From the NCBI GenBank assembly GCA_020633675.1, contig JACKDE010000003.1, positions 580,542 to 644,541 of the forward strand: DNA of 64,000 nt, written 5' to 3'. The notes beneath the pieces are model-generated. The model was given only the letters and a program-made list of their open reading frames with translations, searched no databases and was not told where the DNA came from. Positions 37,770-46,372 of this stretch are shown piece after piece. The DNA comes from Deferribacteres bacterium (GTDB taxonomy: Bacteria; Zhuqueibacterota; Zhuqueibacteria; Zhuqueibacterales; Geothermadaptataceae). Within the stretch, counting starts at the first letter, position 1, and every line of letters begins with the position of its first letter. The position numbers and the translations under genes were made by a program.

Positions 37770-40262
37770 TTAGTATACCATCTCCACTTCTTCAATTGGC
37801 ATCTTTGTCTGTTTTTGATTCGGACCCTGATTCGGAACATGCACCACATCCATCAGCCGGAGAGCTTTGCGAGCATGGTGCATTTTGATCGTTGCGAGAT
37901 AGTTCGTCTGCACTCCACCATTTTTCGGGTGCGCCACTTCAATCTCATATTTTTTATCATCGATACGGAAAGTGAATTGTTTATGACTTTTGTCCAAAAT
38001 TTTCACATGGCCATCGTCCTTCACGTTGGGCAGGTAAACCGTAACCAGCTTGAAAGGCAGACGATGGTGAAATGAAACCGATGCCACAGGTGCTTCGCGG
38101 CGGTCCCGATAGGTCGGCGAAATCCAGCCGTCTTGTGGCTTCGGCCCACCAATGCGGATTTCTGAGCCGGTTGAAATCACACCCGGATGCAATAAATGCG
38201 CACACAACTCCGCACGTTCGCCAGTTGCCAGCAGCGTTTTGCGGTCGTTTTGCCAGCTTGCATCCACCTGGCTGTTCAGATGAAAATGATGCACAATCTG
38301 GTGCTCAAAGGCTTTGTTTCGCATATGCGAATACACAAAATCCACCGATACCCAGAAGCACCGATCGATAAAAAGAAAATACCGGCGATGGGTTGGCTTA
38401 TCCAGCAAACGATGATAGGCGTAGTGTTCGCCACAAAAGCCGTGCGCATGCGGCCCCGAATAGAGCTGCAGCGTCTGAAAATCCGGTGCATACGCCCAGC
38501 TTAGAATACCAATTTGCTCAAGCTGTGAAAGGCCATCGATTTCGAGCGTGTTGTGCGAAGCCGTGCTGCGAAAATGCATATGCCACTGATAGCCGCCACG
38601 GTAATTCGAAAAGCCTGGATCGATTAAAATGGACTCACCAAATGGCGCAATCTCGATCGAAAGCAAATCGGCGTGACCGTGCGCTGCCGACGGCGTACTG
38701 TCTTTGAACAAGCCATCAGCAATCGGGCCGCAATCGATCATGCTGTAATGATCTTCAGACTGCCACCCGGTGCGCATCACCGTATAGCCCGAATCCGGCA
38801 GATTCACAAACGGCATCACAGGCTCGATGAGCGGGATGTGCGCAAACTTTTCCTGCTCCTTGCCTGGTAGCAGCCAAAATGCTTCTTCGCGCAATCCCCC
38901 TGAGGCATTTTTCATATCACTGCGCCCGTACCAAATGGCGCCGATCGCCTGGAATCCGCGAAAATCCCAGTGTGCGGGATAGGAAAAATAGAGCGAGCGT
39001 GCGGCATCGATGTCGCCAATCCACGGCAGCGTGCCATCGGGACGGGTCAGATAGAGCGCAAACTCAATCGCTTTTTCGATGTATTGATCCAAAACAGCCG
39101 GAATACGGCCATTGTTTTGGCGGATAAAGGCAGCACTTTGCAGGTAAAAACCCAGCGTGAAATGGTGGTAAAAAGTCGCTTGTTCAACGGTGCCACCATC
39201 TTTGTGGAACTGTTTGTCGATTTGATCGACCAGCAGGTCCCATGCCCGTTCCTGCCAAACGTCCGCTTCGCTAAATCCCGGGAACAGATACCCGATCATG
39301 AAAAGCGCACCGAGTTCGCCGATCAAGTGATTGTACGGGCTGAAATAGATCGACAAGTTTTCATAGATAAATTTGCCGCTCAAGTAGAGCAGCTTCAGCA
39401 ACAGATGCACTGTTCGTGTTGTCGGATTCGGAGTTGCCAGGTAAAAATTGAGCGTCCAGAACAACGAGAACGCACGCACAGCAACTTCAAGCGCACTGGT
39501 CCAGGCGACGCCTGATTTGTACGGATTTTCTTTATACCAATCCGCGACCAATACATCGATTTCGTCACGATATTGCGTTTCGCGCGTCAGGTACCAGGCC
39601 TTGGCCAATTCGATCAGAAATTGTAGGCGGTTTAGTTCCCAAACATGCTTGATATCGACTTTGCCGTTGCTGGTAAAAATATCGATGTCATGGTAAAAGC
39701 CCGATGGGAATTTGTGCCCGGTCGCCGGATCATTTTGCCATGTGATTTTATCGGGGTAATGGGCTTCGACGCCCAGGAAAGCATAGCGTCGCTGCAGCAA
39801 CACCTTCGCCCGCAAGAGACTCTGCTCGTATTCATGCGGTAACAGTTCCTTAAACAGCTCGGCTTTATGCTGGTCTGCATAATTTGGATGTTCCAGCGGA
39901 TCGATTGAAATTGGAAATTTTCGTCGCCAGCCGGTATTTTGCAGTAAGCCTTGCACATTGCCTTCACGAAAATCAGCCATGAGCGAACGGAACTTCGAAT
40001 TGAAAAAATTGAAGCCCTCAGCATGCAAAAGCTGCACTTCTTCTTCAAAAGCCTGGCGTTCTTTACGGATGCGGAAATGCTCACCGACACGATATTTGAT
40101 CTCATGCCGGGACATACGTTTTAATTTTCGATATTTGAGTGTTAAGGACATAGATGTATAAAACGGTCTTATCAGTACTTTGAAGAAAATCGCAATCAAG
40201 TGGCCAGCCAGAGATGCCAACGCATCTGTAATCAGAAGCCGCTGTCTGCCTTGTGATTGCAT
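37770..40262 (-). CDS. Heparinase II/III-like family protein (alginate-lyase-like N-domain plus heparinase II/III C-domain)
   Basis: The N-terminus RKLKRMSRHEIKYRV is typical of this family. HVWELNRLQFL and AAHGHADLLSIEI match the remembered family pattern H.H.D.LSF.L. An alternative start at 40151 (MSLTLKY...) would remove the hydrophobic N-extension. Confidence 0.7.
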   Translation of the reverse strand: MQSQGRQRLLITDALASLAGHLIAIFFKVLIRPFYTSMSLTLKYRKLKRMSRHEIKYRVGEHFRIRKERQAFEEEVQLLHAEGFNFFNSKFRSLMADFREGNVQGLLQNTGWRRKFPISIDPLEHPNYADQHKAELFKELLPHEYEQSLLRAKVLLQRRYAFLGVEAHYPDKITWQNDPATGHKFPSGFYHDIDIFTSNGKVDIKHVWELNRLQFLIELAKAWYLTRETQYRDEIDVLVADWYKENPYKSGVAWTSALEVAVRAFSLFWTLNFYLATPNPTTRTVHLLLKLLYLSGKFIYENLSIYFSPYNHLIGELGALFMIGYLFPGFSEADVWQERAWDLLVDQIDKQFHKDGGTVEQATFYHHFTLGFYLQSAAFIRQNNGRIPAVLDQYIEKAIEFALYLTRPDGTLPWIGDIDAARSLYFSYPAHWDFRGFQAIGAIWYGRSDMKNASGGLREEAFWLLPGKEQEKFAHIPLIEPVMPFVNLPDSGYTVMRTGWQSEDHYSMIDCGPIADGLFKDSTPSAAHGHADLLSIEIAPFGESILIDPGFSNYRGGYQWHMHFRSTASHNTLEIDGLSQLEQIGILSWAYAPDFQTLQLYSGPHAHGFCGEHYAYHRLLDKPTHRRYFLFIDRCFWVSVDFVYSHMRNKAFEHQIVHHFHLNSQVDASWQNDRKTLLATGERAELCAHLLHPGVISTGSEIRIGGPKPQDGWISPTYRDRREAPVASVSFHHRLPFKLVTVYLPNVKDDGHVKILDKSHKQFTFRIDDKKYEIEVAHPKNGGVQTNYLATIKMHHARKALRLMDVVHVPNQGPNQKQTKMPIEEVEMVY

Positions 40263-40289
40263 GGCAAATCCATGCCGACCTTCAAAGCA

Positions 40290-41366
40290 CTATTGGTTTT
40301 TGATAATTCGATAAATATTCTGAATGTGTCTGTTCACAACCCAGCGGTCATAGAGTTTTGATTTGAGCGAGCGGTCTTTTTCGCGCAACAGCCCCTTGTA
40401 ATGCGAAAGGTAGTGACGCAGCGCAAAAAACCGAAAGAGAAGATCAGTGGTCTGTTCCGGGTATTGGTAGCCATCGAGAAATGCTTGCTGTAATTCGCTT
40501 ACCACCCGAGTGGAGTAGATCGGCTTGTATTTCAGCAAACCAAGGTGATGATAAAAGCGCGTTAAATCAAACAGCCTTGGGCCAATATCTATTTTTGAAA
40601 AATCGTGCACAATCACCTTCTCGCCATCGACCAGCAAATTGCTCATCGTAAAATCGCGATGCATAAAGCCAACCTGGATTTCGCTCTGCCTGGCTTCAGA
40701 CATATTTTTGTTGTAAAAATCCAAAATCGTCTCGCGTACATTTTCGCTAAATTGGGCAGCCGGATTGGCGACCAGGGCTCGCATGCGAACATCGATATCT
40801 TCGACCAGCTCTTGCAAATCGTATTGCCGCTCGCCCTTGAATTCATTTTGTACCGCTTGCAGCAATTTCCCGGCGTTGTGAACATGTCCAACCAAAGTTT
40901 GTATGACCTCATTGGAAGGATTGAACCGCACCTGTGAACGAATCAGATCGCCTAAATTTTTGCCAACTGTCTCTTCGGTGATGATTGCTTTAAATTCCAT
41001 CGACAGATAAACCGGGCGTATCGAGCCAAACTGCGAGTAACCGTTTAGCTTGTCACTCCAAAATCGGTTGGTATCAAAATCTTGCTGTATGGTCGAATTA
41101 AAACTCTCCAGGGATTTGCCGTAGACATTTTTGGCGATTTTTACATAGATATTTTTGCTGCCACCGCTGCCCTGCACGCGATACAAGCGCAGGCTTGAAT
41201 TTTTGCGCTCGAATTGCTTGCGGCATTGCACCGATTGCAATTCACCGATCTCCAACTCAGCAAAATTCGGTGACTGCGTAAAATCCTGCATTATTTTCTC
41301 AAAGGGATCGACTGTCGTTTCGACCACAGAATCGGTGATGTGCACTGTGTGGATCTCTTTCAACAA
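40290..41366 (-). CDS. Eukaryotic-like kinase-fold protein (aminoglycoside/choline-kinase-like phosphotransferase)
   Basis: IYVKIAK (Lys), catalytic loop FMHRDFTMSNLLV (HRD....N), then VIVHDFS (DF of DFG). Confidence 0.6.
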   Translation of the reverse strand: MLKEIHTVHITDSVVETTVDPFEKIMQDFTQSPNFAELEIGELQSVQCRKQFERKNSSLRLYRVQGSGGSKNIYVKIAKNVYGKSLESFNSTIQQDFDTNRFWSDKLNGYSQFGSIRPVYLSMEFKAIITEETVGKNLGDLIRSQVRFNPSNEVIQTLVGHVHNAGKLLQAVQNEFKGERQYDLQELVEDIDVRMRALVANPAAQFSENVRETILDFYNKNMSEARQSEIQVGFMHRDFTMSNLLVDGEKVIVHDFSKIDIGPRLFDLTRFYHHLGLLKYKPIYSTRVVSELQQAFLDGYQYPEQTTDLLFRFFALRHYLSHYKGLLREKDRSLKSKLYDRWVVNRHIQNIYRIIKNQ

Positions 41367-41526
41367 ATTGTTTTTAAGTTATTCATACGACTATCAGAGA
41401 CTGCTTCCCAGCTCTTTTTTAGCATGTGGAAACATTTACGGCTAACGCGAATTGTTTTCGACAGGCGTGCCACTCTGAAGCATGAAACGAAGCAGAGTCT
41501 CTGGTTCTGCGCACAAAATGAAACAG

Positions 41527-42660
41527 CTAAGCTGCGCGCTGGTTCGATCGCTCCAGCAATCGCAGATACAAGTTTTGGTAATTATTTACCGTGGTTTCAA
41601 GGGTAAAATTCTCGTGTATAAAACTCGGGCCATTGTTTTGAAAACGTTTTCTCAGATCTTTGTTTTTATAAACGTTCAACAACCGATCTGCCAGTTGCTC
41701 GGCACTTCCGACATCAAACAACAAGCCATTAACCTGATCTTGGACCAACTCCGGATTGCCACCCGTTCGGGTTGCCACAACCGGCACACCGCACGCCATC
41801 GCTTCCAGTATCACATTCGAGCACCCTTCACTAATCGATGACAGAACGAACGTGTCAAAGCCATTGAAGACTTTGGTCACCTCCGGTGTGGTGGGTAGAA
41901 AATGAATTTTCCCCTGCAATTTAAGCGCATCGACTTGGTTTTGGTAATTCGAAATCATCTTACCATTTTTTTCACCACCGACTAACAGCAACTCTGCTTC
42001 AGGCACTTTTTCCTGAAACAATGCAAAGCCTTTCATCAGTGTAAAATGGTCTTTGATAGGATGAAACCGACCGACCGTGCCTACGACAAACTTGTCTTGC
42101 ACAGCATGTTCGGTGCGAAATGCGTCTCGCAATTTGTTGCTTGGATAGTATCTTTGGGCGTCGATACCGTTGTAAACAACCTGAATATTGTCTTTGCGGT
42201 AAGAAAAGAGATCTTTCATTCTCGTTTTCAAATCTGCAGCAACAGTTGTAACAGCATCGAAGCGTTCCCAGATCAACGGCTGCAGTTTATCTTTCAAGCG
42301 TGACCGCTCGAACGTACCATGCTCTCCATGTATTTTGATCGGTACGCCAGCCAGTTTGGCAGCGACATAGCCTTCGATGAGCGTATTCCAGGCGTGAGTA
42401 TAAATAATATCGTAGGCGTTTTCGCGGAAAACCTGCGCCATGCGAAATACGACCTTCGGATCGTTGCCCGGTTTCTTGTTCAGCTCAATGCTGCGTATGC
42501 CGTTGCCCCTCATTTTTTCGTCCTGATGGATTTTGCCGAGCACAACGATATCGACGTCGAACAAGGATTTATCCATAGCGGACGAAATTTTAATGATACC
42601 CGCTTCTTTTCCCGCAAAATAGAGCTGGTTGACGATATGCGCCAGTCTGACTTTTGCCAT
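41527..42660 (-). CDS. Glycosyltransferase family 4 (GT1/GT4 GT-B fold)
   Basis: The sequence VLSSISEGCSNVILEAMACGVPVVATRTGGNPELV is the classic E(X7)E region. Confidence 0.85.
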   Translation of the reverse strand: MAKVRLAHIVNQLYFAGKEAGIIKISSAMDKSLFDVDIVVLGKIHQDEKMRGNGIRSIELNKKPGNDPKVVFRMAQVFRENAYDIIYTHAWNTLIEGYVAAKLAGVPIKIHGEHGTFERSRLKDKLQPLIWERFDAVTTVAADLKTRMKDLFSYRKDNIQVVYNGIDAQRYYPSNKLRDAFRTEHAVQDKFVVGTVGRFHPIKDHFTLMKGFALFQEKVPEAELLLVGGEKNGKMISNYQNQVDALKLQGKIHFLPTTPEVTKVFNGFDTFVLSSISEGCSNVILEAMACGVPVVATRTGGNPELVQDQVNGLLFDVGSAEQLADRLLNVYKNKDLRKRFQNNGPSFIHENFTLETTVNNYQNLYLRLLERSNQRAA

Positions 42661-42746
42661 ATGATGAATTCAATCGTTCCCAGATGTTATAAAAAATTTA
42701 GCTATACGTTACCCGCAATAAGTCAGGTTTGGCGAAGCGCTATTTG

Positions 42747-44120
42747 TTATGAAACAGACACAGGATGATGGCTTTTACCCGGTCTGGGGCGGACTGGTTT
42801 TGGCGCTGGTGGAGCAGCTTTGACCTGCTCAATCGGCCTGGCAGTTTGTCCCATCAATTCTGCTTCTTCAGCATCACGGAATTGAACATTATAGAGAATA
42901 CAACTCAAAGCCACGAACCAATACAGGGTATCGAGATCGTTATACGAGTGCGTATAAATTCCCGGCGCGATGCCAATAAGCCCCACGGCCAGAGAGAAAG
43001 CATAGAGTTGTAGTCGTGTCGGCGTCTGACTACGCTCCTGCGATTTTCGCACACGACGAAAATAGAAATAGGTTAGAACAAACGTCATCAGCCACAGGAA
43101 TAAGCCCAACACGCCGAATTCCGTTGCGACTTTCAAATAGCTGTTATGGGCATCGCGTGTTCCCAAATCTGTTAAATACTCTTCACCGAGATAGTCCATC
43201 GAAATCATCGGATAATTGTTATAACCAATGCCAAATGGGTATTCTTTGATAAGCGTAAAACTGACTTCGTTAATCGCGCTTCGCGAGGCAGCAGAGCTTT
43301 CGCTTGACGGATCGAGAATGGTTTGCATATACTCGAAGTAGCCAGGAGGCGCCAAAACATAAACGAACAGCACACCGCCGACGATGAATGGAACAATACT
43401 GCGTGTACGTAACTTTCCGGGTGCAAACAGTATAAAGCCGATGACACAAACAACCAACGTTAGAAAGGTCGATCGAAATCCACCTTCGAGTACCGTCATA
43501 CAATCGAGCATAAATGGCACGATTGCAAACGCTGCAACTTTTTCAATCCAGTTCTTGCCGGTAAGCCCTAAAGTGATCATCAGGGGAAAATACATCAGGA
43601 TGTGGGTACCGGTCGCGCCGGTTGCAATGCCCGCTTCTATTGCATCGATCCAATCCCACTCTACCCCCCAACGTGTCATGAAGGAAGTGTACCAAACACA
43701 AATCAGCATAAACCACATCAGGATATCGACTTCTTTTTTGGTTTGTACAACCTTCACCATTAAATAAGAAAACAGAACAATCTTTGAAAAATCGACAGCG
43801 CTTTCAAAGGCGACATCTATTGATGCAACGGCCCACATGCTTGTGAGAAAGACAACAAGCAAAAAAGCAAACAACCAGACCATCGGTGGACGCATCGGCG
43901 TCGCAATTTGCCGCAGTGTGCCCTGGTTAAGGATAAATGAGATCAACAATACGATGGTTGCAACAAACTGAAAACGAATCTCATCAAGCCCGGCGCCAAA
44001 CATGCGCAAGTTGAGGTGAAAGAGCGCAATGACCATCAATATCCCAACATATGGCCTGCGGAGTGTCCAGATCAACACTGCTATCAAAATGACAACAGCG
44101 ACCATTACACGTAACGACAT
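42747..44120 (-). CDS. O-antigen ligase/polymerase family membrane protein (Wzy-like)
   Basis: 457 aa with about 10-12 TM segments. A large periplasmic-loop region carries the ...DAHNSYL... motif typical of the Wzy_C/O-antigen ligase domain. The C-terminal tail is Pro-rich. Confidence 0.7.
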   Translation of the reverse strand: MSLRVMVAVVILIAVLIWTLRRPYVGILMVIALFHLNLRMFGAGLDEIRFQFVATIVLLISFILNQGTLRQIATPMRPPMVWLFAFLLVVFLTSMWAVASIDVAFESAVDFSKIVLFSYLMVKVVQTKKEVDILMWFMLICVWYTSFMTRWGVEWDWIDAIEAGIATGATGTHILMYFPLMITLGLTGKNWIEKVAAFAIVPFMLDCMTVLEGGFRSTFLTLVVCVIGFILFAPGKLRTRSIVPFIVGGVLFVYVLAPPGYFEYMQTILDPSSESSAASRSAINEVSFTLIKEYPFGIGYNNYPMISMDYLGEEYLTDLGTRDAHNSYLKVATEFGVLGLFLWLMTFVLTYFYFRRVRKSQERSQTPTRLQLYAFSLAVGLIGIAPGIYTHSYNDLDTLYWFVALSCILYNVQFRDAEEAELMGQTARPIEQVKAAPPAPKPVRPRPGKSHHPVSVS

Positions 44121-44122
44121 AA

Positions 44123-44755
44123 TTACCCTTTTAGCTTACCGTTCAGTCTCTCCCTGATCTGACGTTCGATCACATCAAGAACATCACGGGGATCATCCGT
44201 GCGCATTAATTGCAAATCGCAAAATGTGTCGGACATTACCGTGTATTTCGCGTGAAGTTCACGAATATAATTAGGCTCATAGCTCTCTCGTCGCTGAATA
44301 ATTATTTCAGGATCTGCCAACATCAAAAAACTCAGATCGGCTTTTGGCATAAACTTGGTCAAAATCCGAAAATAAATACGCTCTGCTTTCCCTTCGAGTT
44401 TGTAATGCACCAAGTTATCGTAAAAAAAGCGGTCGCAGATAACGAGATGGCCGTTCAGCATGAATCGATGAAACAAATGAAAATTGACCATACGTATTGC
44501 GTAACCGGCAAAACGCAAAAAGCCAAGCCGCCTCATCGGCTCACAACGAAATGGTTTCTCCCTCTTCTGTCGCTTGATGTTGCTGGATCTTCTTCCCTTC
44601 TTTATTGCCTTCCTCTTCATTTTGGGCCAATTCCAGGTGAGAAAACGAAACCGTACATAGAGTGGATTCAGATTTTGGTCGACCAAAAAATCCCGCACAT
44701 ATTTTGAGCTGGTGCTTTTGCCGCTACCAACGATGCCCGAGAACGTAATCAGCAT
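44123..44755 (-). CDS. P-loop kinase, thymidylate-kinase-like fold, with a highly basic insertion
   Basis: Walker A ITFSGIVGSGKST lies at the N-terminus, with CDRFFYD (DR.. motif) later. An inserted segment, KMKRKAIKKGRRSSNIKRQKREK, separates them. Confidence 0.5.
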   Translation of the reverse strand: MLITFSGIVGSGKSTSSKYVRDFLVDQNLNPLYVRFRFLTWNWPKMKRKAIKKGRRSSNIKRQKREKPFRCEPMRRLGFLRFAGYAIRMVNFHLFHRFMLNGHLVICDRFFYDNLVHYKLEGKAERIYFRILTKFMPKADLSFLMLADPEIIIQRRESYEPNYIRELHAKYTVMSDTFCDLQLMRTDDPRDVLDVIERQIRERLNGKLKG

Positions 44756-44809
44756 ATATCGTGTCCTTGTGAAAAATCAAATTCATGGTTGTGCAATAGA
44801 AAATGTGGC

Positions 44810-46366
44810 CTATTTTTGGACATCTTTCATGTCAGCGGCCATGGCGAGTTTAGCCTTCTTTTTTGAACGGAAAAATTTCTTTTTAATGATACCCGATGCG
44901 CTTTTCGTATCGCCGGTTATTTCTGCGATCAACTCCATCACCATTCTGAACCGGAAGCCCCAATGCAAGCCGAGATAAGACAATGTTGCAATGACCATCT
45001 GAATCATCAAATAGACTGGGCCATTTGGTTCGAGATAGACAAAATCGACTAAAATAATTTTGCCCAACAAAATCACAGACAGCATGCTTAGGCTGCAAAC
45101 AATTGCGGGAACTTGTGCTTCAAGATAGTCGAGCCAACGGATTTTGGTGACTCTGGTAATCATATTCATCATCATGATCATGACGATGATAGATGAAACA
45201 CCGACTGCTGTCGCGACTCCCGGGAGACCGAATTGCACGCCGATAAAGGTCGCTATTGTCAGCAAGACAAACTCCATACCCCTTCGTGTTACCGTCGAAC
45301 GCACAAAGCCCGTTGCTGTCAACACCGAATTCAAAAATGGATCGATAGAGCGCAAAATCCCTGCGACACACATAATCTGAAGCGGCAACGCTGCAGCAAT
45401 CCATTTTTCTCCCAAGACCACATTGATAAATGGATGGGCAAGCACTGCGAGTCCAGTAAGCAAGGGATAGCTCAGCAAACTGACAGACAGCACCACCTTC
45501 CGGAAAATCTTGCGGATGCGCTCCGGCTCATCCTGGATGCGCGAAAAAGCGGAAAAAATGACACGATTGACCGAACGTGTTATGCGCTTTTGTGGCATTC
45601 GCATCAGCAGAAACGCTTTTTCGTACAAGCCTAATGCCGACGAGCCGATAAATTTGGAAACGAAAAAATAATCGACATTGTCCGCGCCATAACGAAAAAG
45701 ATTGCGCACGAAAAGGAGAATACCGAAATGGAACAGCTCCTTGCCTGCCTGACGATTGTAGGTCAGTTTTGGCACCCAACGCGTCCTGTGCATGGCCATC
45801 AAACCGGCTACCGTGATGCCAGCCAGCTTGCTGTATATCAAGCTCCACAGGCCGAAACCAGAGAAGGCCAGCACAATGCTCAGGAAAATCGTTGCGAACA
45901 TTTCGACGGTTTCGTTAATAGAAGCATTTTTAAAATCGACATCCCGCTTAAGTACCGTTAGAGGTGTCGTGGAAAAGCATTCCAACACGACGTAAAGCGC
46001 CAATATTGGCAATGCTTGCGCCAAAATCGGTTCATCGAAATACACGGCCAAATGCGGAGAGGCAAAAAAGATGATGAACCAAAGCACACTCTTAAAGGTA
46101 AAGTCAATGGTAAAGAGGGTGTTGATCTGAAGTTTGGTGATCTCATCTTTTTTTTGAATCAGGCCCTGGTGAAAACCGAATTCGCCGAATTTGGTGGCAA
46201 ACCCGATCACCAACATGCCAGTCGTAACAATACCAAAGTCTTCAGGCGCAAGCAGGCGAGCAAGAAATATTGTACCGATCAATTGGCCAAATGTGCTCGC
46301 CCCCTTGGCCAAAATGTTGTAGAGAATACTCGTCTTCGCTTTTTTCCCTAATTCACTGTTAGCCAT
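44810..46366 (-). CDS. Wzx-type flippase (polysaccharide biosynthesis protein, MOP/PST family)
   Basis: 518 aa with about 12-14 TM segments. The N-terminus, N.L.KG.....Q.I..I.LARLL.PEDFG, is typical of PST-family flippases. Confidence 0.8.
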   Translation of the reverse strand: MANSELGKKAKTSILYNILAKGASTFGQLIGTIFLARLLAPEDFGIVTTGMLVIGFATKFGEFGFHQGLIQKKDEITKLQINTLFTIDFTFKSVLWFIIFFASPHLAVYFDEPILAQALPILALYVVLECFSTTPLTVLKRDVDFKNASINETVEMFATIFLSIVLAFSGFGLWSLIYSKLAGITVAGLMAMHRTRWVPKLTYNRQAGKELFHFGILLFVRNLFRYGADNVDYFFVSKFIGSSALGLYEKAFLLMRMPQKRITRSVNRVIFSAFSRIQDEPERIRKIFRKVVLSVSLLSYPLLTGLAVLAHPFINVVLGEKWIAAALPLQIMCVAGILRSIDPFLNSVLTATGFVRSTVTRRGMEFVLLTIATFIGVQFGLPGVATAVGVSSIIVMIMMMNMITRVTKIRWLDYLEAQVPAIVCSLSMLSVILLGKIILVDFVYLEPNGPVYLMIQMVIATLSYLGLHWGFRFRMVMELIAEITGDTKSASGIIKKKFFRSKKKAKLAMAADMKDVQK

Positions 46367-46372
46367 ATAATC

